A program made the position numbers and the translations under genes. Below are positions 34,678-44,416 of a stretch of DNA of 64,000 bases, one piece after another. Each line of letters begins with the position of its first letter. Within the stretch, counting starts at the first letter, position 1. A model generated the notes under the pieces. The model did no database searches. It saw only the letters and a program-made list of their open reading frames with translations, and had not been told where the DNA came from. The stretch is from NCBI RefSeq assembly GCF_055900595.2, contig NZ_CM148325.1; one strand, written 5' to 3'.

Positions 34678-35666
34678 GTGATCCTCCGGTTGCGCAGAAT
34701 CAACCACATAAAATAAGGGCCACCAAGCAGGCTGGTTAATAATCCCACGGGCATTTCTGCTGGCTGTACCAGTGTGCGGGCAAGCGTGTCTGCCATCAGC
34801 AATAAACAGGCTCCGGCGAGGGCGGAGCAAGGGATTAGCCAGCGGTGATTTGCCCCGGTAGTCATACGAATCAGATGCGGGATCACCAGGCCAATAAAGC
34901 CGATAATGCCGCTTACCGATACGGCGGCACCAACGAGCAGTGAGCTCACTAACAGTAATTGCTGGCGTTTACGCTTAACGTTCACGCCGAGGTAGTGGGC
35001 TTCTTCATCACCGAGCTGCAGTAAATTCAGCGTTCCGGCGAGACAAGTTGTTGCAATAATGGCCGGTAGGATGAATGAACTGGCAACCAATAACGTCGGC
35101 CATTGCGCCTGTCCAAGATTGCCCATCATCCACAATGTGAGTTGTCGTAGCTGCTGCTCATCGCCGATATAGCTCAGGATGCCGATCGCTGCGCCGCACA
35201 GGGCATTGATGGCGATACCGGCGAGTAATAATTGCATCATGCTGCCATCGCGATGGCGCTGCGTGATGAGAAAAATGATGGTGCAGACCACTAAACTTCC
35301 GGCAATGGCAAACACCATTTGCTCATAGAGCACCAGCACCACTGGGAAGGAAAAGGGCAGCACAATAGCAACGCCAACCATTAATGCAGAACCGCTACTG
35401 ACGCCGAGTAATCCAGGGTCAGCCATTGGGTTGCGAAAAAGCCCCTGCATAATTACCCCGGCGGTTGCCAACGCTGCACCTACCAGCACCGCCAGCAAAA
35501 CCCGTGGTAGACGAATATTGAGCCAGATATCGCGGTATTCCTCATCAAAAAGGGCATCAAAACTGATCTTTAACGCTCCCTGACTGGCACCGAACAGCAC
35601 CAGAGCTAGCAATAATAGTGATAGCCCCATAAAGACCCTGGCGGAAGAGAGTGAATCCTTGAGCAC
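34674..35666 (-). CDS. chuU: Haemin ABC transporter permease ChuU (FecCD family), 330 aa
   Basis: Translation recognised as ChuU/HmuU; polytopic membrane protein. Confidence 0.93.
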   Translation of the reverse strand: MLKDSLSSARVFMGLSLLLLALVLFGASQGALKISFDALFDEEYRDIWLNIRLPRVLLAVLVGAALATAGVIMQGLFRNPMADPGLLGVSSGSALMVGVAIVLPFSFPVVLVLYEQMVFAIAGSLVVCTIIFLITQRHRDGSMMQLLLAGIAINALCGAAIGILSYIGDEQQLRQLTLWMMGNLGQAQWPTLLVASSFILPAIIATTCLAGTLNLLQLGDEEAHYLGVNVKRKRQQLLLVSSLLVGAAVSVSGIIGFIGLVIPHLIRMTTGANHRWLIPCSALAGACLLLMADTLARTLVQPAEMPVGLLTSLLGGPYFMWLILRNRRIT

Positions 35667-35714
35667 GCAAAACTCCGTTACGACATTACGGCGCGGAGAT
35701 TCCGCGCCGGGGGA

Positions 35715-36338
35715 TCACGCCGGTTTCAGGTCCGGTTCAATCAGACTGTAGACCTGCTGGTTAAGTGCTGGCGCATTTGCCAGTTCATGGATATGTGCGG
35801 CGACATCGGCACGGTTAACAAAACCATGACACTCCTGATTTTGTATCCGTTGTGCTTTGCCCGTTGCCGCACCATCAAGCAGACCGCCAGGGCGGAGAAT
35901 GGCGTAATCAAGCTGGCTGGTTTGCAACCAGCTTTCCGCCAGCGTTTTTTCCCGTACCGCCTGACCAAACGCAGCCTTTGCCCGCTCCGATAAAAACGGC
36001 CAGCTATCGCCACATCCCAAAGAGGTCACCAGAATCATGCGACTGATGCCGGCCTTTTCGGCCTCATCAATCACTGTTCTGTGTGCCAGATAATCCTGAG
36101 CTCCGCCCATTGTTGAGATGATAAGCGCATCCGGGCCAGCTGCGCGGCAAGCAGCCGCGACTACGCTGGCATCACAGGCGTCGCCTGTAAAAACCTGTAC
36201 GCCTTGTTGCGCCAGTTTCGTGGCGGCATCAGCATGACGAATGACAGCAACGACCGGACGTTGTTCCGCCAGCGCCAGTTCAAGCGTTCTGGCACCCACA
36301 CCTTTTCCGCCTGCGCCAAAGAGTAGCCACGGCGTCAT
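35715..36338 (-). CDS. chuY: ChuY, NAD(P)-binding reductase of the haem utilisation locus (anaerobilin reductase), 207 aa
   Basis: N-terminal Rossmann-type glycine-rich motif (LLFGAGGKGVGART); matches ChuY. Confidence 0.9.
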   Translation of the reverse strand: MTPWLLFGAGGKGVGARTLELALAEQRPVVAVIRHADAATKLAQQGVQVFTGDACDASVVAAACRAAGPDALIISTMGGAQDYLAHRTVIDEAEKAGISRMILVTSLGCGDSWPFLSERAKAAFGQAVREKTLAESWLQTSQLDYAILRPGGLLDGAATGKAQRIQNQECHGFVNRADVAAHIHELANAPALNQQVYSLIEPDLKPA

Positions 36339-36832
36339 CAGGCGTGTTCCTTTAACGATGCTGCCAGAGCATGGAAGGCGCTGACTTGTTCGCTCAGGAG
36401 CTGACGATGGTCATCCCTGCCGAGGAAGATTTTCAGCATTGCGCTGCCTTCTTTGTTGAAAAAGAGAATGGATGCGGTGTCCATGCCCATAAATTTACGT
36501 TCGATCAAGGCAATATGTGTGCAGTTTTCTGCTTTGATATGCCCGGACATGCCGTGCTTTCCGCGTAGGTTGAAATAGCCGTGGCGATGGAAACCCGAAG
36601 GCAGTTCGCCGCTAAATTCGAGGATTACATCGGCAGTATGTACTAACGTGGTGACGTTGCCCCATTCGCAGACGGTATCCCAGACAGTATCGAATTTATC
36701 GCCTGACACTACGGTAGAGGAGGGTAGATTTCTCACTACTTCCAGCAGTGTGGTGTTGTATTGTTCGGCTACCACCTCCAGCGTACCGTCCGGCTCCGTT
36801 TTCAAAAATTCTTGTAACGAGACATGGCTCAT
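36338..36832 (-). CDS. chuX: ChuX, cytoplasmic haem-binding protein, 164 aa
   Basis: Translation recognised as ChuX; its stop overlaps the chuY start. Confidence 0.9.
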   Translation of the reverse strand: MSHVSLQEFLKTEPDGTLEVVAEQYNTTLLEVVRNLPSSTVVSGDKFDTVWDTVCEWGNVTTLVHTADVILEFSGELPSGFHRHGYFNLRGKHGMSGHIKAENCTHIALIERKFMGMDTASILFFNKEGSAMLKIFLGRDDHRQLLSEQVSAFHALAASLKEHA

Positions 36833-36844
36833 AAATCACTCCTG

Positions 36845-38182
36845 TTATGGTTTTTCACGCACAATCGTTGGCGCATTAAGTGCCTGAATTAGTTCATTAA
36901 GAGACTGCAAAATATTGCTTGCCCAGAAACGACCTTCATTAGTCAGCCGCAGGCAAGTTGAAGCATCGCGGCTTAAGCCTTTTTGGTGCCATTGAGCCAG
37001 TAACGGCGCGAGTTTTTCGGCATGTGGCGTAAGTTCATCCAGCGGTACACGCGCTGTTTCAACACCTGACTGCAAGGTATGACGCCATTGCGCATTACGT
37101 TCGGCGTTACGCATGATCATCATCAGCGGTTTTTTGCCTGCCGCGACGGATTCATGCCAGGTCTGAAGACTGCGTTCGTTCATCCAGGAGTAACCATTAA
37201 TCGAACCGCCGGCTCCGGAACCAAAGGCCAGACAATCGGCACCTTGTTTAATCAGCAGGTTATAGAGATTGCGTTCGCGTGTGGTACGGCCCCAGTGGCT
37301 GTTACTGATACAGCGCCAACCAGCTTCGTCCATGAAGTCACACCCTTGCAGATAAAGATCGCGTCGTTCTGCCGGAGAGGGCACGGTAGTACGCCCATTT
37401 TCCACGGCTTTGCCCAGCGGTGTATTGGGCAGGACATTGAGCGCATAGAGATCGACGCCGTCGAGACCGATATCGCGGGCAATAGTCAGATCTTCTCCCC
37501 AGGTTTGCGCATCCTGACCCGGCAGGCCAAACAGAAGGTCACAGACCACCGCAGCACGGTCGCGTTTGACCAGGCTTTCCATAAACGCAATGGCGGTTGG
37601 GCCATCCGAGGTGCGGGCCATTTTCTTACGGATTTTGCTGTTAAACGACTGAATACCAATTGAGAAGCGGTTTGCTCCTGCATCAAGGCAAGCATCGATT
37701 CGCTCAGCGTCAAAATTCAGTACCCGGCCTTCGATAGTGATTTCACAATCAGGGGCCAGTGGCAGCTTTTCTCGTAATGTGGTGATAATTCTGGCCAAAT
37801 CGTGTGCCGAAAGCGCGGAAGGCGTGCCGCCACCGAAATAGACCGCGTGGATGGGGGCAGACTGATGCAATACGCTGTCCGCTTCCATTTCTATTTCACG
37901 AATCAGGGCGTCGGTATAATGAGCACACGCATCTTCATTAAAACGGTTCTGATAAAAACCACAAAACGTGCAGTGTGTTGCACAAAAAGGAATGTGTAGA
38001 TAAACCAGTCGCTTACGTGGTGATACCGTTTGATTGAGCATCTCTTGCCAGGTCTGTGCCAGTTGCTCTTTGGCAACTGGAATGGCCCCACGAAACGGCA
38101 TCATGGCGCGCCTGTCTTTAAATGGCTGATCACCGTCTAAAGCAAAATGTGGCGTGAGATCCAGGGGGTTATTTGTGTTCAT
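36845..38182 (-). CDS. chuW: ChuW, radical SAM haem-degrading methyltransferase (HemN-like; anaerobilin synthase), 445 aa
   Basis: Radical SAM CxxxCxxC motif (CATHCTFCGF) and HemN-like architecture; matches ChuW. Confidence 0.92.
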   Translation of the reverse strand: MNTNNPLDLTPHFALDGDQPFKDRRAMMPFRGAIPVAKEQLAQTWQEMLNQTVSPRKRLVYLHIPFCATHCTFCGFYQNRFNEDACAHYTDALIREIEMEADSVLHQSAPIHAVYFGGGTPSALSAHDLARIITTLREKLPLAPDCEITIEGRVLNFDAERIDACLDAGANRFSIGIQSFNSKIRKKMARTSDGPTAIAFMESLVKRDRAAVVCDLLFGLPGQDAQTWGEDLTIARDIGLDGVDLYALNVLPNTPLGKAVENGRTTVPSPAERRDLYLQGCDFMDEAGWRCISNSHWGRTTRERNLYNLLIKQGADCLAFGSGAGGSINGYSWMNERSLQTWHESVAAGKKPLMMIMRNAERNAQWRHTLQSGVETARVPLDELTPHAEKLAPLLAQWHQKGLSRDASTCLRLTNEGRFWASNILQSLNELIQALNAPTIVREKP

Positions 38183-38201
38183 TCGTCTGATTTAAATCCA
38201 T

Positions 38202-39116
38202 TTATTGTGGCCAAAGCTGCTGGTGTAAAGACTCAACGACATCAGCAATACGCGGACCCATTCCCAGAATCAGGTTTTGATCAACGGTGATAATGCGCTG
38301 GTTTTTCCATGCGGCAGTGTGGGTAATTCCGGCAATAGAACGTAGCCGGTTAATATCGCCATCGACCATTTGTGAGGTTACGACAATCACTTCTGGATTA
38401 GCCGCAATCAGTGATTCTGCACTGTAGCTTTTGTACTGCTGGTGGGTTGCGACGTTTTCTGCTCCGGCAAGCGAAAGAATGGCGTCCGCGACGCTGCCTT
38501 TACCGGCAACCTGTGGCGCACTTCCGCCTGCGGAGAGAATAAACATGGCTTTAACCGGGGCTTTTTTGGCCGCCACGTTTTGCTGTACTCGCTCCAGGCG
38601 TTGGTTGATCTGTGTCACCAGCGCCTCGCCTTGTTCAGGAACCTGTAGCGTTTTTGCCAGTTGGCGAATGTTGGCGTACATCTGCTCAAGGGTGGCAGGC
38701 ACACGCGGCAGGGTGACGACGTTGACTTTCTGCGCTCGTAGTTGGTCGAGCACAATTTGTGGCCCGGCATCCTGCCAGGTAATTACGCTATCCGGGCGAA
38801 GTGACAAAATGCCTTCGCTGCTGAGTTGTTTCCAGTAGCCAATATGCGGCAGTTTGGCGGTTTCTGGTGGATAAGATGTCGTTTCATCGACACCAACCAC
38901 GCGTTCGCCAGCGCCCATCGCGTAGATTAGCTCCGTCAGCGATCCTCCTGCGACCACGATACGTTCGGCAGCCGTTACGCTAAAAGCCCAGCTAAGAGCC
39001 AGTACTGCCGTAAACAATTTTTTTCGTTTTACCGCGGTCTTCGCGGCAGAGGCCACGGCTGAAATACATAACGTCAGTGGGGAAAAAAGAAACGGCCTGG
39101 TGATGATCCTTGGCAT
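38202..39116 (-). CDS. chuT: ChuT, periplasmic haem-binding protein of the ABC importer, about 304 aa
   Basis: Translation recognised as ChuT/ShuT. Start set at MPRIITR because the longer six-frame ORF would place the Fur box inside the coding sequence; exact start uncertain. Confidence 0.85.
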   Translation of the reverse strand: MPRIITRPFLFSPLTLCISAVASAAKTAVKRKKLFTAVLALSWAFSVTAAERIVVAGGSLTELIYAMGAGERVVGVDETTSYPPETAKLPHIGYWKQLSSEGILSLRPDSVITWQDAGPQIVLDQLRAQKVNVVTLPRVPATLEQMYANIRQLAKTLQVPEQGEALVTQINQRLERVQQNVAAKKAPVKAMFILSAGGSAPQVAGKGSVADAILSLAGAENVATHQQYKSYSAESLIAANPEVIVVTSQMVDGDINRLRSIAGITHTAAWKNQRIITVDQNLILGMGPRIADVVESLHQQLWPQ

Positions 39117-39140
39117 AATATGAGAACTCTTATCAAATTG

Positions 39141-39161
39141 AGAATGATCATGATTATCATT
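39141..39161. promoter_or_regulatory. Fur box at the chuT promoter
   Basis: AGAATGATCATGATTATCATT closely matches the Fur consensus GATAATGATAATCATTATC, about 25 bp upstream of the chuT start. Confidence 0.7.
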
Positions 39162-39490
39162 TGAGTTATATATGAAATACAACCGTCGATTCAATACGCA
39201 AGGCGTTACAAGCGTATTTATTTTTGATTTTTATCAAGATGCTTCGTCAGCTAACGTTCTTGTTACCGACTAAATTTCAGCGCGGGAAAAAGCTGAGAAC
39301 CCAGAGATATCGCGGCTTGCAGAGCAAAGAGAAGAGAAAATTATCACTGTTAACGACAAAGTTTAGTGATGAGGTTATGGGGGAATAACCATAAAAACAA
39401 AGTGGTTTCCAGGGCGCAGGATAGGTTTCATAACCCCCTGTTTATTGTGTTAATGGCGGTTAAAAAAAGCTTGATCATAAAAAATTGATC

Positions 39491-39509
39491 GATAATAATT
39501 CTCATTATC
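39491..39509. promoter_or_regulatory. Fur box at the chuA promoter
   Basis: GATAATAATTCTCATTATC is a near-consensus Fur box about 290 bp upstream of the chuA ATG, implying a long 5' UTR. Confidence 0.7.
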
Positions 39510-39798
39510 ACGTTCGCGCTTAACAAAACACGACCATATGGATAACAAAACCATAGCATTTGCAAGGGATAACGCACAGCGCTCTTCACTCCTGATGGGG
39601 CATATCGTTTTGCCTGATAAAGAGGGCGTGCTTTTGCGTATTTGCCGAGATACCAGGCAATTTCATGGGATATAAACGCCTGTAAACTCACCCGGCGAAT
39701 ATTATCGCTCTGAATTTTAAATAAATTTATTTCTCGCAAGCCACCCCGGTATTAACCCAGGCAGCCAGCATTTTTTATTTTCCTCATGGAGAATCGCT

Positions 39799-41781
39799 AT
39801 GTCACGTCCGCAATTTACCTCGTTGCGTTTGAGTTTGTTGGCTTTGGCTGTTTCTGCCACCTTGCCAACGTTTGCTTTTGCTACTGAAACCATGACCATT
39901 ACGGCAACGGGGAATGCCCGTAGTTCCTTCGAAGCGCCTATGATGGTCAGCGTCATCGACACTTCCGCTCCTGAAAATCAAACGGCTACTTCAGCCACCG
40001 ATCTGCTGCGTCATGTTCCTGGAATTACTCTTGATGGTACCGGACGAACCAACGGTCAGGATGTAAATATGCGTGGCTATGATCATCGCGGCGTGCTGGT
40101 TCTTGTCGATGGTGTTCGCCAGGGAACGGATACCGGACACCTGAATGGTACTTTTCTCGATCCGGCGCTGATCAAGCGTGTTGAGATTGTTCGCGGACCT
40201 TCAGCATTACTGTATGGCAGTGGCGCGCTGGGTGGGGTGATCTCCTACGATACGGTCGATGCAAAAGATTTATTGCAGGAAGGACAAAGTAGTGGTTTTC
40301 GTGTCTTTGGTACTGGTGGCACGGGGGACCATAGCCTGGGATTAGGCGCGAGCGCGTTTGGGCGAACTGAAAATCTGGATGGTATTGTGGCCTGGTCCAG
40401 TCGCGATCGGGGTGATTTACGCCAGAGCAATGGTGAAACCGCGCCGAATGACGAGTCCATTAATAACATGCTGGCGAAAGGGACCTGGCAAATTGATTCA
40501 GCCCAGTCTCTGAGCGGTTTAGTGCGTTACTACAACAACGACGCGCGTGAACCAAAAAATCCGCAGACCGTTGAGGCTTCTGAAAGCAGCAACCCGATGG
40601 TTGATCGTTCAACAATTCAACGCGATGCGCAGCTTTCTTATAAACTCGCCCCGCAGGGCAACGACTGGTTAAATGCAGATGCAAAAATTTACTGGTCGGA
40701 AGTCCGTATTAATGCGCAAAACACGGGGAGTTCCGGCGAGTATCGTGAACAGATAACAAAAGGAGCCAGGCTGGAGAACCGTTCCACTCTATTTGCCGAC
40801 AGTTTCGCTTCTCACTTACTGACATATGGCGGTGAGTATTATCGTCAGGAACAACATCCGGGCGGCGCGACGACGGGCTTTCCGCAAGCAAAAATCGATT
40901 TTAGCTCTGGCTGGCTACAGGATGAGATCACCTTACGCGATCTGCCGATTACCCTGCTTGGCGGAACCCGCTATGACAGTTATCACGGTAGCAGCGACGG
41001 CTACAAAGATGTTGATGCTGACAAATGGTCATCTCGTGCGGGGATGACTATCAACCCGACCAACTGGCTGATGTTATTTGGCTCATATGCCCAGGCATTC
41101 CGCGCCCCGACGATGGGCGAAATGTATAACGATTCTAAGCACTTCTCGATTGGTAGCTTCTATACCAACTATTGGGTGCCAAACCCGAACTTACGTCCGG
41201 AAACTAACGAAACTCAGGAGTACGGTTTTGGGCTGCGTTTTGATGACCTGATGTTGTCCAATGATGCCCTGGAATTTAAAGCCAGCTACTTTGATACCAA
41301 AGCGAAGGATTACATCTCCACGACTGTCGATTTCGCGGCTGCGACAACTATGTCGTATAACGTCCCGAACGCCAAAATCTGGGGCTGGGATGTGATGACG
41401 AAATATACCACTGATCTGTTTAGCCTTGATGTGGCCTATAACCGTACCCGCGGCAAAGACACCGATACCGGGGAATATATTTCCAGTATTAACCCGGATA
41501 CCGTTACCAGCACCCTGAATATTCCGATCGCTCACAGTGGCTTCTCTGTTGGTTGGGTCGGTACGTTTGCCGATCGCTCAACACATATCAGCAGCAGTTA
41601 CAGCAAACAACCTGGCTATGGTGTGAATGATTTCTACGTCAGTTATCAAGGGCAGCAGGCGCTCAAAGGTATGACCACTACTCTGGTATTGGGCAACGCC
41701 TTCGACAAAGAGTACTGGTCGCCGCAAGGCATCCCACAGGATGGTCGTAACGGAAAAATTTTCGTGAGTTATCAATGGTAA
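39799..41781 (+). CDS. chuA: ChuA, TonB-dependent outer-membrane haem/haemoglobin receptor, 660 aa
   Basis: Translation recognised as ChuA/ShuA; signal peptide, TonB-box region, C-terminal aromatic terminus (SYQW). Confidence 0.95.
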   Translation: MSRPQFTSLRLSLLALAVSATLPTFAFATETMTITATGNARSSFEAPMMVSVIDTSAPENQTATSATDLLRHVPGITLDGTGRTNGQDVNMRGYDHRGVLVLVDGVRQGTDTGHLNGTFLDPALIKRVEIVRGPSALLYGSGALGGVISYDTVDAKDLLQEGQSSGFRVFGTGGTGDHSLGLGASAFGRTENLDGIVAWSSRDRGDLRQSNGETAPNDESINNMLAKGTWQIDSAQSLSGLVRYYNNDAREPKNPQTVEASESSNPMVDRSTIQRDAQLSYKLAPQGNDWLNADAKIYWSEVRINAQNTGSSGEYREQITKGARLENRSTLFADSFASHLLTYGGEYYRQEQHPGGATTGFPQAKIDFSSGWLQDEITLRDLPITLLGGTRYDSYHGSSDGYKDVDADKWSSRAGMTINPTNWLMLFGSYAQAFRAPTMGEMYNDSKHFSIGSFYTNYWVPNPNLRPETNETQEYGFGLRFDDLMLSNDALEFKASYFDTKAKDYISTTVDFAAATTMSYNVPNAKIWGWDVMTKYTTDLFSLDVAYNRTRGKDTDTGEYISSINPDTVTSTLNIPIAHSGFSVGWVGTFADRSTHISSSYSKQPGYGVNDFYVSYQGQQALKGMTTTLVLGNAFDKEYWSPQGIPQDGRNGKIFVSYQW

Positions 41782-41829
41782 TCATCTGCCCCGATATTTC
41801 GGGGCATTTATCTGGAAGGAAGAGAGACA

Positions 41830-42858
41830 ATGAACCACTACACACGCTGGCTTGAGTTAAAAGAACAAAATCCCGGAAAGTACGCGCGTGACATCGCAGG
41901 TTTAATGAATATTAGCGAAGCAGAACTGGCATTTGCGCGCGTCACGCACGATGCGTGGCGGATGTGCGGCGATATCCGTGACATTCTGGCGGCGCTCGAA
42001 AGTGTTGGCGAGACCAAATGTATTTGTCGTAATGAATATGCAGTCCATGAGCAAGTTGGTGCGTTCACAAACCAGCATTTAAACGGACATGCCGGATTGA
42101 TCCTCAATCCGCGCGCGCTGGATTTGCGTCTGTTTCTCAATCAATGGGCCAGTGTTTTCCACATCAAAGAAAATACGACTCGTGGCGAACGCCAGAGTAT
42201 TCAGTTCTTTGATCATCAGGGCGATGCATTACTAAAAGTTTATGCCACCGACAATACCGATATGGCGGCATGGAGTGAGCTTCTGGCACGGTTTATCACC
42301 GATGAGAATACGCCGCTTGAGTTAAAAGCCGTTGATGCGCCAGTTGTTCAAAAGCGAGCCGATGCCAGTGTGGTCGAGCAAGAGTGGCGGGCGATGACCG
42401 ACGTTCATCAGTTTTTTACGTTGCTCAAGCGCCACAACCTGACGCGCCAACAGGCGTTCAATCTGGTGGCAGATGATTTGGCCTGCAAAGTATCCAACAG
42501 TGCGTTGGCGCAAATTCTTGAATCTGCACAGCAGGATGGCAATGAAATCATGGTGTTTGTTGGCAACCGTGGCTGCGTACAGATTTTCACTGGCGTGGTA
42601 GAAAAAGTGGTGCCAATGAAAGGTTGGCTGAATATTTTTAACCCGACGTTTACTCTTCATCTATTAGAAGAGAGCATTGCTGAAACCTGGGTAACCCGTA
42701 AACCTGCTAGTGACGGTTATGTGACCAGTCTGGAATTGTTTGCCCATGATGGTACGCAGATAGCGCAACTTTATGGTCAACGTACAGAAGGCGAACAGGA
42801 GCAAGCGCAATGGCGTAAGCAAATTGCTTCGCTGATACCGGAAGGCGTTACTGCATAA
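41830..42858 (+). CDS. chuS: ChuS, haem oxygenase / haem degradation protein, 342 aa
   Basis: Translation recognised as ChuS/ShuS. Confidence 0.93.
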   Translation: MNHYTRWLELKEQNPGKYARDIAGLMNISEAELAFARVTHDAWRMCGDIRDILAALESVGETKCICRNEYAVHEQVGAFTNQHLNGHAGLILNPRALDLRLFLNQWASVFHIKENTTRGERQSIQFFDHQGDALLKVYATDNTDMAAWSELLARFITDENTPLELKAVDAPVVQKRADASVVEQEWRAMTDVHQFFTLLKRHNLTRQQAFNLVADDLACKVSNSALAQILESAQQDGNEIMVFVGNRGCVQIFTGVVEKVVPMKGWLNIFNPTFTLHLLEESIAETWVTRKPASDGYVTSLELFAHDGTQIAQLYGQRTEGEQEQAQWRKQIASLIPEGVTA

Positions 42859-42918
42859 CGTATAATTAAAGGGAGGTCTGGCTATTTATTGCTGGGCCTC
42901 TTTATATTAATCAATCGA

Positions 42919-43449
42919 TCACACCAGATAATCAATATGCTGATGGCGTACCAACTCATTGATCCGCTTAAGATTGAGGATCATCATGATATTGTGTTTA
43001 TGGCAGTAGAACGTTTTTAGCGATATTTTCAGTTTCTCCAGAATATCTTCCGTTGTCATTTGATTCGCAATGCAGCTCAGAACCTGATGCTGCTTGCGCG
43101 AAAGGGACACATCCGCTTCAGGCACAGAGCAGTAACTGCCATTGATGAGTGCGACAAAGTCGATGATGGTGATAGTTCGCGGAACAAAGGTCACCGGTAC
43201 TTTCCCCAGGCAGCGTTTAATATTAAAGGGAGAGAAAATAATCACATGGACAGGTTTTAATCGTTCAATCTGAGTGAGCAAATTAGAATGAAATACATTA
43301 TTCATTAATGTATCAATAATGACGAAGGCATGCTGATGCAACATTACGTCGATCTCTTCTTCGTTCTGTATATGAACGACATTACCTTTGCTCAGAATGT
43401 TTTTCATCGCAGTGAAGAACATCGTATCCCTGGTAATTATAAGAAACAT
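42919..43449 (-). CDS. dctR: LuxR-family regulator DctR (YhiF), 176 aa
   Basis: Translation recognised as DctR/YhiF. Confidence 0.93.
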   Translation of the reverse strand: MFLIITRDTMFFTAMKNILSKGNVVHIQNEEEIDVMLHQHAFVIIDTLMNNVFHSNLLTQIERLKPVHVIIFSPFNIKRCLGKVPVTFVPRTITIIDFVALINGSYCSVPEADVSLSRKQHQVLSCIANQMTTEDILEKLKISLKTFYCHKHNIMMILNLKRINELVRHQHIDYLV

Positions 43450-43604
43450 AACCGACTCCTGGTGCGGACATTAACTTTATAATCAGTTTGCCAAAGGTAA
43501 TTAACAGGACAGGGCTTATAATAATAATAGTTAGCTGGCTGTGTATTAATTTGATGTAATGCATGATGCAGATGCTGAGAAAGCATCTGCATCTCTCGGT
43601 GGTG

Positions 43605-44171
43605 TTATTTGACCAGCTCAGGTGTTACTTGACTCACCGCATTGGTGTAGTAAGGCGCGCCCCAGCCCGGTTCCGGCCAGAATGCACCATAGCCGTAATC
43701 CCACAGGTTATAGGTGGTATTAACCACTTCTCTCAAATGCCACACCTGGATGCCCTGCATATTCACTTCCAGGAAGTTATACGGGACTTTATTGATAAAG
43801 CCAGGTTGTTCACCCTGAATGGTACCGAGGATGGTAACAAAGTGATTACGATAGTTCACTGGATCAAGGAAGCCGCTTTGTCTGGCGAGCAGTCGGCCCT
43901 GATAGTTGGCTTCAATATCAGGCTTCGCATAGCTATCCAACGGTAATACAGCGATTTCTAACAACGTATCCGTTTTACCATTGATAACGTTGATAACCTT
44001 CCCGCCAAAGCGCGCTTGTTGACCAACATATAACCCCGGCTGGTTATGAACAGCAACAAAACTTTTTTGAATATCAGGTTGGTTATTGCCTTTGATATTT
44101 TGCGGAATTGAACTACATGCGGCAAGCAAAAATGAAAGGCTGAGGATGAGTGCACCTTTTGTCATGTTCAT
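43605..44171 (-). CDS. slp: Outer-membrane starvation lipoprotein Slp, 188 aa
   Basis: Translation from MNMTKGALILSLSFLLAACSS (lipobox LAAC) recognised as Slp; the six-frame ORF runs 73 codons upstream. Confidence 0.92.
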   Translation of the reverse strand: MNMTKGALILSLSFLLAACSSIPQNIKGNNQPDIQKSFVAVHNQPGLYVGQQARFGGKVINVINGKTDTLLEIAVLPLDSYAKPDIEANYQGRLLARQSGFLDPVNYRNHFVTILGTIQGEQPGFINKVPYNFLEVNMQGIQVWHLREVVNTTYNLWDYGYGAFWPEPGWGAPYYTNAVSQVTPELVK

Positions 44172-44416
44172 GTTACTATCCTTATCAACAAATATTAAAA
44201 CCATAATAGATATTTCTTTATAGTTTTCATCTGATTCTGAGGCGATATGCCTGATAGTAACGTAAACCTGTCTGATGTTTATATCCCTTCTGTTTAGTTT
44301 AATTCTGTTAATTTTGGGGCGTGACATGAGTATCCATCGCCCCATAAAATAGCCTTTTTTTAAAGGTACATAAAATCTATTTTTATTCAATGCTTATAAA
44401 GCGCTAATGTTCAATA

